From Marsupella aquatica (Eukaryota; Plantae; Marchantiophyta): a stretch of 64,000 bases of DNA. The DNA lies in contig OZ316897.1 of assembly GCA_973895155.1 (NCBI GenBank), positions 10,005,832 to 10,069,831 on the forward strand. Direction: 5' to 3'. The stretch's first letter is position 1, and every line of letters starts with the position of its first letter. The position numbers were made by a program, and so were the translations under genes. This document shows positions 10,577-22,537 of this stretch, in pieces. The notes under the pieces were generated by a model. The model searched no databases, had not been told where the DNA came from, and saw only the letters and a program-made list of their open reading frames with translations.

Positions 10577-12359
10577 CACTTTTCCTAACGCCCTTCTTTC
10601 GACGTGAATCTCGAGTTGTCCTTGTGGATCTAATGGGATTCCAGCAGGAGAGGGTCTTGAGAAATCGCAGCGCACTAAAGAAACCGAACGCACTCCGGCG
10701 ACGTCCCTATTTCACATTCAACGGCTTCCATTTCGCTAATCGCCCGCAATGATCCAGCCCACGGCAATCTAACTGCACGTTTCAATGAGAAGATGCCCTA
10801 ATCGCTAAGAATTTTCCCATCGTCCAGATTGAATTGCGCTGCGTCCTGCAGCCAAAATGCCGGTGCAATCACCCGAATTCCAGGAAGCCCAATTTCCACA
10901 ACGGAGATCTCAGCCCTAGCCAAGTAATGCTTCACATAGAGCGGAGTGCATCCCTGGCTCTCCTTCAGCGATGCATCGAGGTGAAGCATTGAAGCACGAG
11001 CAGAGAAAGTGGGCAAGATCATGCGTCAGAAGTGAAAGAATCATTTTGGAACAGTCCCCTGGACTGATAGTGGGAGACTGAATGACTGCCGTCCGTGTGA
11101 CCTCTTGTGTACAGTTTACCCCGCCTGTACTATACTATTCATTTCATGGATACATATTGCCTAGTACGCTTGAATGCCCCAAACACATGGCCGGTGGAAA
11201 TGACAATCTTCACACTCTCTCCGTCCTGTTTTTGGTCTTGATTCTTATAAAACATGAAGATTGGTTTCCCTCTTCTTTGCCTCATGTACCTTGAACAGGA
11301 CCCTTACACGTTACTTCTTGTGGTGCACAAAAGACGGGTTTCCCTCTTCCTTGTTGACATGAGTACCTCTGAACAAGATCCCAATGAAACCGGGGGCTCA
11401 GCAACGGTTGTTTTAATAATCCTACCTTCACATCATCATCACTCTTCCCGCCAAAGACCTTAACAGTGCCCTTTGCTCTTTGGCTTGGCAGTGTGATATA
11501 TATAAATATTTGCATCAAACGTACAGTTCTTATCTACTGAGGAGAGCATCGTCTTGGTGGCCCTAACATGAATGTTGAGGATGCCCCCCAATATAATAAT
11601 GCTAAAATGATAAATATCAGCAAGGTAGAGGACTGAATTGTAGTTCACGTCATTGGGTCTGTTTAGACGTGAAGAATTGAATCCGCAAAGCCCTCCGTTT
11701 TGGGGATCTCTTACCTGTTGGGTGGGTCCCTCGAGAACTCTTTTTGCTTCGCTCAATTGTTGCAGGTGTCGTTTCATGCGAATTGGCTGCTTCCCTGACA
11801 AGTTTGAGGAGTTGTTACGGTGTCGCTGGTTTGTGGAGTCCTTCATTCCTGCGTAGACAAACGGATGTATACCACATGTTCTCAAGTGGGTTCGAGTGCT
11901 CTACTGCTGCATCAGCAGAAATTCTCAACTAGTATGAAGCTCGTCCCTTTATTTAGCTGACGTCTCCTTATTTAGCAGACTTCGGAATGTTTTGGACAAC
12001 TGAGCCCTCCCTTGCTCGAGATTGACTATAATTTCTCACTTCTCATCACCGTGAGCCCGTTATCATGATGATAGCTTTCTAGTGCTCATGGGTGTGTGAG
12101 GACTCATCAGCTGCTCTGTAACCAAGATTCTGGTCTGCCCATACGTGCCAATTTTCGAAGGATCATATTGCTGGTGTGTTCTCGTTCAGAAAGCCGATTA
12201 CACTTCCGGGATTCCTGTCTTGAGATTCTCTTTCTTCTGGGCCCTACCGAATCTGTCAGTATCATTGAAGTTCTCAGAATAGGGAAGGAGCACCATAGTT
12301 CGCACAGGAGTCAGGGGAGAGAGCTTGTAGACGCTTGGCACTGTCTCGGGTATCACAGC

Positions 12360-15324
12360 ATGAATGATGAACCGGAAGCCATGAACATCGTGAGCACTGC
12401 CCCTGGGTTGCCGGCCCTCGTTGTGTTCGATCTCGACTACACTCTTTGGCCTTACTTCTGGTAACGTTTTCCCGTCCCTCTCTGTCGCCTAAGACCTCTT
12501 GGCCTTCGATTGATTTTTATCAAATTATTTTCTGGTGAGAGTTTAGTCTGCTCGTTGACATACGTGAATTGTGAGTTCTCCTCTCTCCTATGCTCTATAT
12601 TACGGGCCGCTGAAGTTCGCAATCAAGGCATCCAATCAATTTGTTTTTTCGGTCGTGAGGCCAAATTGGTGCTGCCTGATTCAAATATAGCTATCGTGAG
12701 CAAATATTCAGGACATTTGGTCAGATTAGCTGATATTTCTCCTTCGTTTCAACCCTAATTTCTCTCTTTCTTTCGCTCTAGGATAAGCTTTTGGTTCCAT
12801 GCTCAGACTGCCTGCTTCGGTTTAGCTGGCTCGTGCGCTTTCCATGTCTTTCTCTCTGCTTATTTACGGTTGAGGGGTTGTCTCCTGAATTTGTATTGTT
12901 GGCCTGGATTTTGCGATCCCGTGAAGTCTTCCGATTTCTCTTTTCTTGTTACTAATTCTCTTTTCATCCAACGATCAATTTTGTTTCGTTTCTGCCAGCT
13001 GATGATCCGAGTTGTTTTTTACCCTGCCAGCTGCCTCGGAATTTCCAATTCCCTTTGGCATCTCCGTTTATGAGCCGATTAACACTCCATTGCCTATTTC
13101 GCTCATCTCCTTTGTTAGCGGATTCTGCTCTATTTAATTACTTGTGTGGTCGCTTTGCGCTTTGCTTTTTGCTCATTCCCTCTGAGGGTGATTACGGTTC
13201 AAAACCTATCTCCTAGATTCGCCAGTTCGCTTAGAGCCAAAGTATTCCACCAATTCTGTGCCTCCAATGCCATCGCGTTAACACAGGATTTCAATCGTTC
13301 ATATGGTTTCTCTCCCCCTTTCTCTCTCTGGTCGCGTCATTTCACGGACTTGAGTGATGAATGGTATCCAAACTGCTAAAGCCTTTTGCCGTTGCGAGCT
13401 CACTAGGTTGTTCTCCTCTTATGTACTTCCTTGATTTGGTTTGATCCCGTCCATCCATGGCTCCAAGACTCAAGCCTGAACGCTGGGTGTGCCTGTTCTG
13501 TAAAATTTGATTATTACGATACTTATCCCTCGTTTGTCTTAGCTCTCTAGTGCTGTGAACCGATCCTAAAGATCAGGTTTTCCATTCATCCATTTTCTTC
13601 CCAGGTGTATGGATTGATTCGTCCAAAATATCAGGTCTTGACCATGGGGAATGTTTCTGGCCATGCAATGTACTAAGGTATTCTCTTGATCGCCTCCTCT
13701 TGGCCGTCTACCTCCTCGTTCTCTAGCCCAATATGGACTCCACGGACGAGAGCTAAGTCGGCTCCATATAGTTCCGTCAATCTATTTCAAGTCGTGCATT
13801 TCCTTTTTCTGTTACGATGCGTTTGCCGTCTTGCAGTTGTCCAACCCCGGTACCTTCCGTCTTCGTTGCATCCAGAAGGCCTTTACTGCTAAGATTTTCC
13901 TCCTTTTCATTTGGTCTTGCATTTTCTGCCTATTTCGATTCTTTCTCGAATTTGTTTATTTCCAAGTTGGTGGCAGGGATTTGGTCCACAATAGATGTGG
14001 GACTTGTGCCGTCCCACCCAGTAAAAGAGTCGTGCTTCAATTCATGAGGCTCTTGATTTCATCCGCATCTGTCATGTCTTAGCTCGTTGACCACCAGGTA
14101 CATTAAGAATCGATGCATTTGATGTCCTTGCCATGATACACAGTCTCCCATTACGGAGATTGTCACAGGAAGCCACCTTGAGTATAGAGTAATTGCAATG
14201 TAACTGAGTAAGGAGTACTTCGCTTGAGGGCAATGTAACAACCCAAGCCTTCTGTGTATCTGATGTTTTGCAGTGATTGTCGGTCCAAAGATGAGATTCC
14301 CTTACTGTATCCGCAAGCGAAGTCTGTAATTCAGGCTCTAAAGGACAAAGGGGTGCTCATGGCTGTTGCGTCTCGGTCACCCACCGCGGACGTTGCTCGA
14401 ACATTTTTAAATAAATTGGATATTCTTCCCACTTTCTGTGCCTTGGTAAGGTTTTGGGGGCGTCAGGATCGGAAATGATAGATTATGCATTTCTCACTTA
14501 CTGGGTGAGCGTGGCTAGGTTAAACCTGTGACTTGTCTGACTCAAGAAGCGTAATGTATTGTTGCGCATAAAGCGTGCATCTCAGGCATTAACTCAGTCA
14601 GAATTTTGGCATTGTCAGCTTGATGATCTCAGCATATTCAAAGATAAAAGCTTTGAATACAGTGCATTCCAAGATGTTGCTTCGTATAACAACCGAAGGG
14701 GTTTATTGATCTGCGCGCAGGAGATCTATCCCAGCTGGAGCCATAAAACGGACCACTTCAAGAAAATCCACAAACAGACGGGGATTCCCTACACATCCAT
14801 GCTTTTCTTTGATGACGAGGAACGAAATATTGAAGCCGTAAGTGGTCTTCCTATCCTTCTTTCTCAGTTATCTTCTCTTCTTTTCAACTCAATGCCTTGA
14901 CATCTGATCTTTATGACAGCCATTTATTGATTCTTGCCGTAGGTGACCATTGGAGATCAGTCATTTGCTATTGCTAATCTGTAGAAGTTGAAAGAACTAC
15001 GAAATGATTCATTTTGGGGACTACCAGCTACCAAAACATGTGCTTACATCGTTTAGTATCAGTAGAAAATAATAGCTGGGAATAGTGGGTACATCTTAGA
15101 TTTAAAGACTTACAATTTCAATAGGACAATCTGAGGAACAGCACCCTTATGCTTGGTGATACCAAGTCTTTTGAGATTAATTGGGATCACTGATCAAAGA
15201 CGTTTGGGCTTCCGTGCAGGTTTCCCAATTCGGTGTCAAGAGCGTCCTTGTTCAAAACGGGGTCAATCTGAACGCTCTCAAGGAGGGCCTCGAAAAGTTC
15301 GATGGTACGAAGTCTGATCCATAA
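12360..15324 (+). CDS. MDP1: Magnesium-dependent phosphatase 1 (HAD IIIC); exons 12360-12460, 14274-14445, 14721-14837, 15220-15324
   Basis: HAD motifs VVFDLDYTLWP, AVASRS, HKTDHF and MLFFDDEERN. All introns are GT-AG and the frames join (PYFC-DCRSK; IEA-VSQFGV). Confidence 0.92.
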
Positions 15325-17157
15325 GAAAACCATAGATCATGTTTAGGCATATCCGTGTCATCTGAGGTGATCTTACTAGGATGCCCCACAATTCTAGAAG
15401 AAACAGGAATTTGTTGTTACGGGGGTTTCGACTCTGTTGCAGATATGTACCAGCCTCCTTATCAAGCCTGACCGGAAGCACTAGACCTCGGTTAGACAGA
15501 AACTGTCAAAGTCGATGAAGGTGGACCATTCGAAGCGTCCCTCAGAGATGCTCTTTGCCACAAAGCATGAGGCAGATTCTTTGTCTAATGTTTCTCTCTC
15601 GCAAACAGTGTACTTTTGCCTCGCACGTTCAATTGCATGCGAAGAAAAAACAGGGAATTTGAACACCCTTGACTAGTTTGACAGTGAGTGAGCTCTGCTT
15701 GAACATAGCTTGGGGGTTAGTGGATTTGAAACACATTCATTATAACTCTTGAGCAATGGATCTATCTGGCGGCCTTCGTTCTTAGAGCCAGCTTCTAAAA
15801 TGTTGCTAATTATCAACACATACTGTGAAGACTGTAGACATCAGTAGAAGAGCACTCCTTACTCCGGTGATTGAGCTTTCACTTTTGATATGAAGGCGGA
15901 AAAGCTTGGAGCCACTTAGTGGATTCAAAGAAAATTCCTTTAAAGGAAAGGTCATTTGAAATTGTGTCATCTCGGAGCCTTCCTGTACTTGTCTGATCTT
16001 GGGCACGGTGAGGACTGGATGCCCATTTATTAATTTTTAGATAGCCTTACTCTTGCATCTCTCAACAGAGCTCGCTGCCAAAAAACTCATGAGGAGTGTA
16101 TCATCGATGAGTTTCTAGCCGAGCTGCAAATTGTTACCCTTGAGGCTGTAAAAGCTCTAGGATGACTTCGAGAACAAATAATGACAATGGGTTCCGATTG
16201 CCCTTATGCTGGCAGGTGTTCAATGTGGATCTGTTGGGCAAGTACGACGACAAAGGAAGCTGACTGATCTCTGGAATCGAGGAGCCAAGGCGAAGGGTCC
16301 GACCAACCTCACAAGACAGGGATGATGTCGGAAGGCTAATCGTGGATTTTTGTACAAAGCTAGTTTTGAACTTGCCTTCGGTATATTTAGCTCCTCTGTT
16401 CGTCAGGAACCTGATATTTGTTTAGGCTTGTATATTTATTCATTCTCTGCGGAACGATTTGGGGCAGGGGAATATTGCATCAAAGCATTCACAAGGAATT
16501 AAAAGGATAACAACTCAATTCAGATGAGACAGTTCCATCATTGCTGACTGTGCTTGCAAATGTAGGTGATTCAATTAGCACATAATAGAGGAGCTTATGT
16601 GCAGGATTCATTGGACAGTCGTGTAATTATGCCATTCAGCCCTTAGCACACGAAGGAGGACACGGACTCTATGTTGTACAGTTTCGGAAATATCAATTGG
16701 AAGATGATCAAAATTACCTTTTTCTTATCAACCTGGTTTGCAATTTTATCGCACTCCTAAGTAATCGCGTGTACTGAAGTCGATGCCTTGGTCGTGCAAC
16801 ATGTTAAGCTTCCGGTAGGTAACTCTCGACCTGTTTTCCGAAATTCTGTATACTTCATGCTATCCAGTCTTTGAGCCATCGTCTGTGAATTCTCGTGAAA
16901 ACTTCCATAGTCCAAACACAATGTCCAGAATAGCCATTAAGATAGCTTGTGACCTATGTATTTTCTTCCTTGATTTCTATTATCGAAGATCAGAAGTGGG
17001 ATGGCGCCTCCATAGCTGTATATGGTGCTCTATCCTCTGGATCTTCGGACTGGGTCTGTCTACTGCTGCATGCACCACAAACCACGTATGTATGCTTTTT
17101 CATGAAGGTCTGGCCCAAATTCTGTCCAGGTCTCTCTGTGGTCTCCCAAAAATGCAA

Positions 17158-17454
17158 TAGGGGTCTCAAATATGGATACATTTAGCTTTTCCGCAGGATA
17201 GGGCCAGTACCTGTAATGTGGCATGTGGACGATTTTGACCAGTACCCATACTTCTGAGTTCATTTATTTTGGTTCCCCAGGACGTGGTGGGGGGAAGTGG
17301 CCAACGGGAAACCATAAAATCTTGCAACTTAATTGTGCAGGCTAGGCTTTGGGAGCACTGCACATTTTTCAGCCATGTCTGTTCAGCCATGTCTGTCTGA
17401 GCGGAAACCCGGACTGCTGTGAGGTTTCCCACGTATCATATTTGAGGCCCCCTA
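17158..17454. mobile_element. Tourist-like MITE (~297 bp)
   Basis: Left end TAGGGGTCTCAAATATGGATAC; right end reverse complement TAGGGGGCCTCAAATATGATAC; TA(A) flanks. A further matching end (tatttgatacccctat) lies at 18420-18435. Confidence 0.6.
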
Positions 17455-19305
17455 ATAGAGGGATTGCATTTGGTCAACAACATTCTTTGAACCATTTTTT
17501 TCTCAAACATGTTTTCAGGAGCATTTGGTCAACAATGGCACCACCGGCAAGCCACAAAGACTTGAAGACCATGACCACCCACTCCAAGTGCACCTTGAGC
17601 CGGAAGCCAACCCAATCTCCTTATGCTCGGCTTGAATGTATCAGAGTTCTGGTGCTACACTCTGTCCCTTGGCCCGAATGGAGTAGTGACGAAGCTCAAG
17701 TAATTGTGACTAATTGATGACTTCTGAGAATTCTTAGAACATATACTCCTCTCATACATGTTTCTTGGGACTTGTCACCCCGGGACCAGCTTGGGCCCCC
17801 TATTTGTATCTAGTCAACCTATTTGTATCTAGTCAAGACCATAACTTCTGGCTTGTGACTTTGTTAGAGATTATACACACAGCATCACTTTCAAGGTGAT
17901 TGAGAGTTCGTGATGGTGTTACCAACAATCTCCATGACCATTTCCTTATGTGTCTTTTTGGACTTAAGGGATATTCCCGTGGATATTGCAATGGGTCCTG
18001 CAACAATTGTGCTCTGAGAGATAAATAAACATCAAGTTTGCAAACTCTCTAGGGAGTTATGTGGGCAGGATTAGGGTTTAAACTTGTAAACAAACAACAG
18101 GGAGTATGTTGGCTGGTTTGCATATTATAGTGCTTAGATAGATTTCAAGTTTGCAAACACCTCTGGGCTTAGTTTTGGCAACATTGCATATTATCAAGTA
18201 CGGTGATATGTGATCCCGCCAAAAATATTTGTTCTCTGCTTACAAACTTAAATGGAGGAATTAAATCCAGCTATCAAATCCATTTTGGATTTTTTTCTTG
18301 TCAGTGTTGGATTGTGTGCACCTGTGTGTGCATTGGGGTGCCCAAGAAGGGCTTATTATCTTCACAGGGGAACAATGTACCATAGCCCTACAAAGAAATG
18401 TGGTTATGTGTAAATATGCTATTTGATACCCCTATCTACATGCTTTACCTTACTATAGAGGAGACATATACATCGAGCATGGGTGGGAGGTTTATGATGG
18501 GGAGAAGAGATGTATTTTGATTAGTTTAAATTTATTATTTATGATTTTGTTTTGTTTTTCTATTTTTTGATAGTGTTGGAGGGATAGACATGGTGTTTTT
18601 TTTGTTTTTCTGCCAGGGTTTTGGTCAAAATTATGGGGCCAAGCTGAAACCCGTGCCCAACCCTCCCAACTTTCCTGTTTTCTAAGTTGAGGTGTATGTT
18701 TTTTTTTATTTAAAATTTGTGAGTGTACTCAAGTGGTTGGGACAAGGTGTTTCAAGCCTGCACAATGTTTCTTTTTAGTCTTCATTTAAACTACACTTAT
18801 CTCTGTTTCCCATTTTATTTTCTTTGCATGGCCCGACATATTTTTTGTTGCATAGAGTTTTCTTTTGCGCTCCAATAGATTATTTGCCTTCCCCTGGGAT
18901 TAGTTTTCCTTGCAACCCATTGGCACAGGAAAGAAAGCCAATAAAGTATAAAAGGTAAAGAGAGGAAATGTTGTGTGAAAAAATTGATATTTTCTTGCAA
19001 TAAGAATCTCAGTTCGTCTAATAAGAATAGCCCAAAGAATAGTCCGAAGAATAGTCATCCTCTGTATCGAACGCTGCTATCTACAGTAGCTTATCTTTAG
19101 TATTATTACTGTAGCTAGATATAATATAATGTGAACCAGCTACTGTAGTTTCCTCTCTTGGGAAAGTGCGAACTGCCAAAGCTCACTCAGAATTTGTACA
19201 CAGATTGCAGCACAAACCAATGGGAAGGAATTTAAATACGGTAGCAAGCAATGGTCCAATGGATGCTTCTTTAATCTTTTATTCTTGACGGATCCCAACA
19301 TGCAC

Positions 19306-19680
19306 TGCTAAATTTGATCCATTCTCCTCTTCATTTCGTTGCATAAACCAGAGTCTCATGGTGCCTGTGCTATGCACTGGAGGAATTGAACCGAACCTGC
19401 TAAATTTGATCCATTCTCCCCTTCATTTCGTTGCATAAACCAGAGTCTCATGGTGCCTGTGCTATGCACTGGAGAAATTGAACCGGACATGCTAGATTTG
19501 ATCCATTCTCCCCTTCATTTCGTTGCATAAACCAGAGTCTCATGGTGCCTGTGCTATGAACTGGAGGAATTGAACCGAACATGCACTACTAACTATGATC
19601 CATTCCCCCTTTCATTTAGTTGCATGTTACAGAGCAGAGTCATTTCGTCGCATATTCCAGAGGCTCATGGTGCCTGTGCT
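19306..19680 (-). repeat. 92-bp tandem repeat x3 plus a diverged fourth copy, each with a PPT-like tract
   Basis: Units start at 19306, 19398 and 19490. The minus strand of each contains AAATGAAG(G/A)GGAGAA-TGGATC-like sequence. Confidence 0.9.
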
Positions 19681-19753
19681 GTGAACGGAAGACCAAGAAG
19701 AAATTTTTCTTAGCTAGTTTTTGTTGAAGTCAGTGATTTGCTAAGTACGTGAG

Positions 19754-20587
19754 TCAAAGGTCAGTGAGTCCATCCCCTTGACGTCCTCGACTTGCTCGTC
19801 CTCTACACGACCCCTGCTTGTCACTTCGACCCTGGTGAGCGACGACCATGGAGAGTTCCTTTGCTCTAGCTCTGCTCTTGAGTCGAATCTCTTCTGCTAT
19901 GAGAGACCCCTCCAGATCTACAAAGGTAGCATCTTCGTTCTCTCTGTACAAGAGAACCCATATAGAAATGAAATCGTCCCAACTCTCAGGCAGGCTCCTG
20001 AGGACGATGTGAATGAGTTCTTTGTCAGGGATTTCTTCTGCTAAACCCTCTAGCTCCATGACATGTCGCACAACTTTCAGAAGGTAGTCCTCAACTGAAG
20101 TACCTTCATGCAACTTTTGTTGGAGAAGCAATCTCTTCAGATCAAATATGCGCTGGAAAGCTAAGGATTCGTAGTCCCTTTTCAACGTTGCCCATAGCTT
20201 GGCTGGATCAACACGTAATTGGGTCACAATTGGGAAATATGAGTAACTTACTGTCTTGGTAAAAATGATGTATACCAACTCTTTGTGCTTCTGCAAATCC
20301 GGGTTGACTGCACGAGTGGATGACATAGTGGCGGCGGTGGGTTGCTTTTGAACATCTCCTGTGAGTCCCCCTGACGAAGATGATCCCGAGGACTGTTGTT
20401 GAGCAGTCCCACTTCCTCCATATGGTGTTTGCGACGTTGGATCGACGACGTACCACAAGTCTTGCTCCCTGAGAATTTGTTCAACAAGGAATGCCCAAAT
20501 TGCATAATTTTCAACACCTACAAGTTTCTCACTATCGGAGAAACTGATCGTCGTAAAACCTAACGAAGACATCGTGCAGACTGACAT
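19754..20587 (-). CDS. Copia-type Gag (UBN2/Retrotran_gag_2-like), intact 277-aa ORF with no pol
   Basis: Motifs KLVGVENYAIW...LREQDLWYVV, PAKLWATLK, LHEGTSVEDYL, VLRSLPESWDDF and LIAEEIR. Confidence 0.8.
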   Translation of the reverse strand: MSVCTMSSLGFTTISFSDSEKLVGVENYAIWAFLVEQILREQDLWYVVDPTSQTPYGGSGTAQQQSSGSSSSGGLTGDVQKQPTAATMSSTRAVNPDLQKHKELVYIIFTKTVSYSYFPIVTQLRVDPAKLWATLKRDYESLAFQRIFDLKRLLLQQKLHEGTSVEDYLLKVVRHVMELEGLAEEIPDKELIHIVLRSLPESWDDFISIWVLLYRENEDATFVDLEGSLIAEEIRLKSRARAKELSMVVAHQGRSDKQGSCRGRASRGRQGDGLTDL

Positions 20588-20598
20588 TCTAGAGCCTT

Positions 20599-20611
20599 GG
20601 CTGTGATACCA
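20599..20611 (-). other. Primer-binding site, tRNA-iMet type
   Basis: Minus strand TGGTATCACAGCC (consensus TGGTATCAGAGC). It lies 2 nt after a ...TTTCCA LTR-like end and 11 nt before the gag ATG. Confidence 0.75.
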
Positions 20612-22537
20612 TTTGGAAATTTCCTAAGTTTTGTGTACCTTCAGTGTCTCAACAGAGGGGAGTTGAGCACAAACGAGATAAGCCGAGACTACCTCGGAAG
20701 ACGAAAAAAGCTACTGGTCGAGATATGGCCAGATTAGGGTTGGAATCCGACAAAGAAGTCGCATGCATCGCCTGCCTAATACGACCAGTCAGCCCACCAT
20801 AACTAACGGGAGCTTAGTCACCCTCATTAACCACACCTGCCCATATGAAATGCGGCCCTTATCTCCCCCGAAACAGTAGGCGAAGATTTCTGAAGGATCA
20901 GACGAAAATAGTGTGAAGTGAAACGTGGGCTCCGCACAAGGCAGCTCGTGCCCCGTTTGTCGGTTACTGGGTTCTAAGTTATACACGGTACAGTTTGCAC
21001 TTTGCAGGGTCACCAGGACCCACAGCAAAAGTGGACGAGCAACGATCGACACTATCGAGTGTGCTCCATGTGCTCTCCTTGCTCACTGCTGTGCACGTAG
21101 TTTGAAGGCAAATGCAACCACGAATCGACAGTGGATTCTTCCATCTCGAGACAAGAATTGACTCCTGAAAGCTGCGCGGGAATACAAGTTCACTATCGTC
21201 AATCATTACCATCCTTCACTATCAAGGACGGCGACTCCAAGGGGTCGGTTCACTTAGGCAGCACAGAGCTCATCCTGAAGGTAATGTTTGAAGCTTTGCT
21301 CTAATTTAGACCAGCAGTTTCGTGATTTAAAGCTGCCTTCGATTCAATGTTGTTTCCAGTTCGTCACATTTGGTGAATACATTGGGAGTGAGAAGCATCG
21401 ATGTCTCTAAACTGAATATCCTTCCCTTTCTACTTTTCCTTAAGAAGGTCCGTTGTCTGCCTGGAGCATGATAGCAGCAGAAGCTGAATTTGTTCCTATG
21501 CCCCTGTTACGTAAGCCGTTCCTCCTAGGATTCAAAGTTGGGTCGTACTCAAAATTGCGCTGTGAGCGAGGTCGACTGCTGGCGAGGAAACAGGACCCAG
21601 AGCTACACTCACTCACTTGTGGCTCACGATCGACAATCATTCTGCTGCTTGACAAATCGCTTTGATGTAATATGAGCTTCTTCTATGAGCTTCTTCTTGC
21701 GTTGCCACTGATGAAGCGCTGTCAGCAGCTTCAAACTGTATCTCCTTCATTACATTAAAATAACCAATGTACTTTGATCTGCTCCTTTGCTCCCTACATT
21801 TTTCATCGGATCGACAGCTGATCTCACTTTCACTTTCTCTGGAAACCCGGTCACTTCTGAAAGTGTACATCACTCATTAAAGAAAACGTTGCAAATACTT
21901 GTAATCTTCTGTAGATTGGTACTCCTTCTCTCTTCTGGACATCCACGAAGGCTGTCCATCCCGATCAATCCAAGTCGGCCTGCATCGCTATGCCGCCACG
22001 GTAGACGACTCAAGCACTGCATGTGAACTGTCGTCCTCCCTTGACAAGAACATTCGCAGGAAAACGAAAGAGTTTCAGTGCACCCTGTAGCAGAGAGGTA
22101 ATTTGTGAAGGACACATTGTTGTCACAAAGAAAAGCTGCAAAAAGGTTGGATAGGAGCAATTCACTCTTTATTGAATCATGTGCCCTCATCTAAAGTGAG
22201 ATACTCTCTTTTGGCAAATCTCTTCACTGAAACCTGTACGCCCTGCTCCCTACATGTAATAGTGCTCCATTACAGACCTTATGCCATGAATTATATACAT
22301 GCTCACTATTGCTTGTATGTCACTCTCTCTTCGTGCTTTGGATCCCAACACATAGGCACACTTCAAGTGCACCTCCACAAAATTTCATTTGCAGCTCTCT
22401 TTCCTGATTGTTTAGGTTGTTTTGTATCGTTGGGTTTTTTCATGTTTTCTTTCATTGTTGTCAGGGTATTTTGTAATTGACATGTTTCTTTTCGTTGGTG
22501 CATTATGCAGGCCGTTTCAATTGCAACTATTTGAAAG

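Noticed and set aside
11573-11930. Possible solo LTR (TGTTGAG...CTCAACT)
   Set aside because: The end is not CA, there is no TSD, and there is no partner in the window.
12500-14200. Possible decayed TE coding sequence in MDP1 intron 1; similar hints at 15800-16400, 41700-43200 and 48800-49400
   Set aside because: No diagnostic motif could be read with confidence.
21250-22190. Possible Myb/SANT partner ORF of the Harbinger element on the minus strand
   Set aside because: Only short broken frames with weak resemblance (PSWMSRREKE); not supportable without a profile search.
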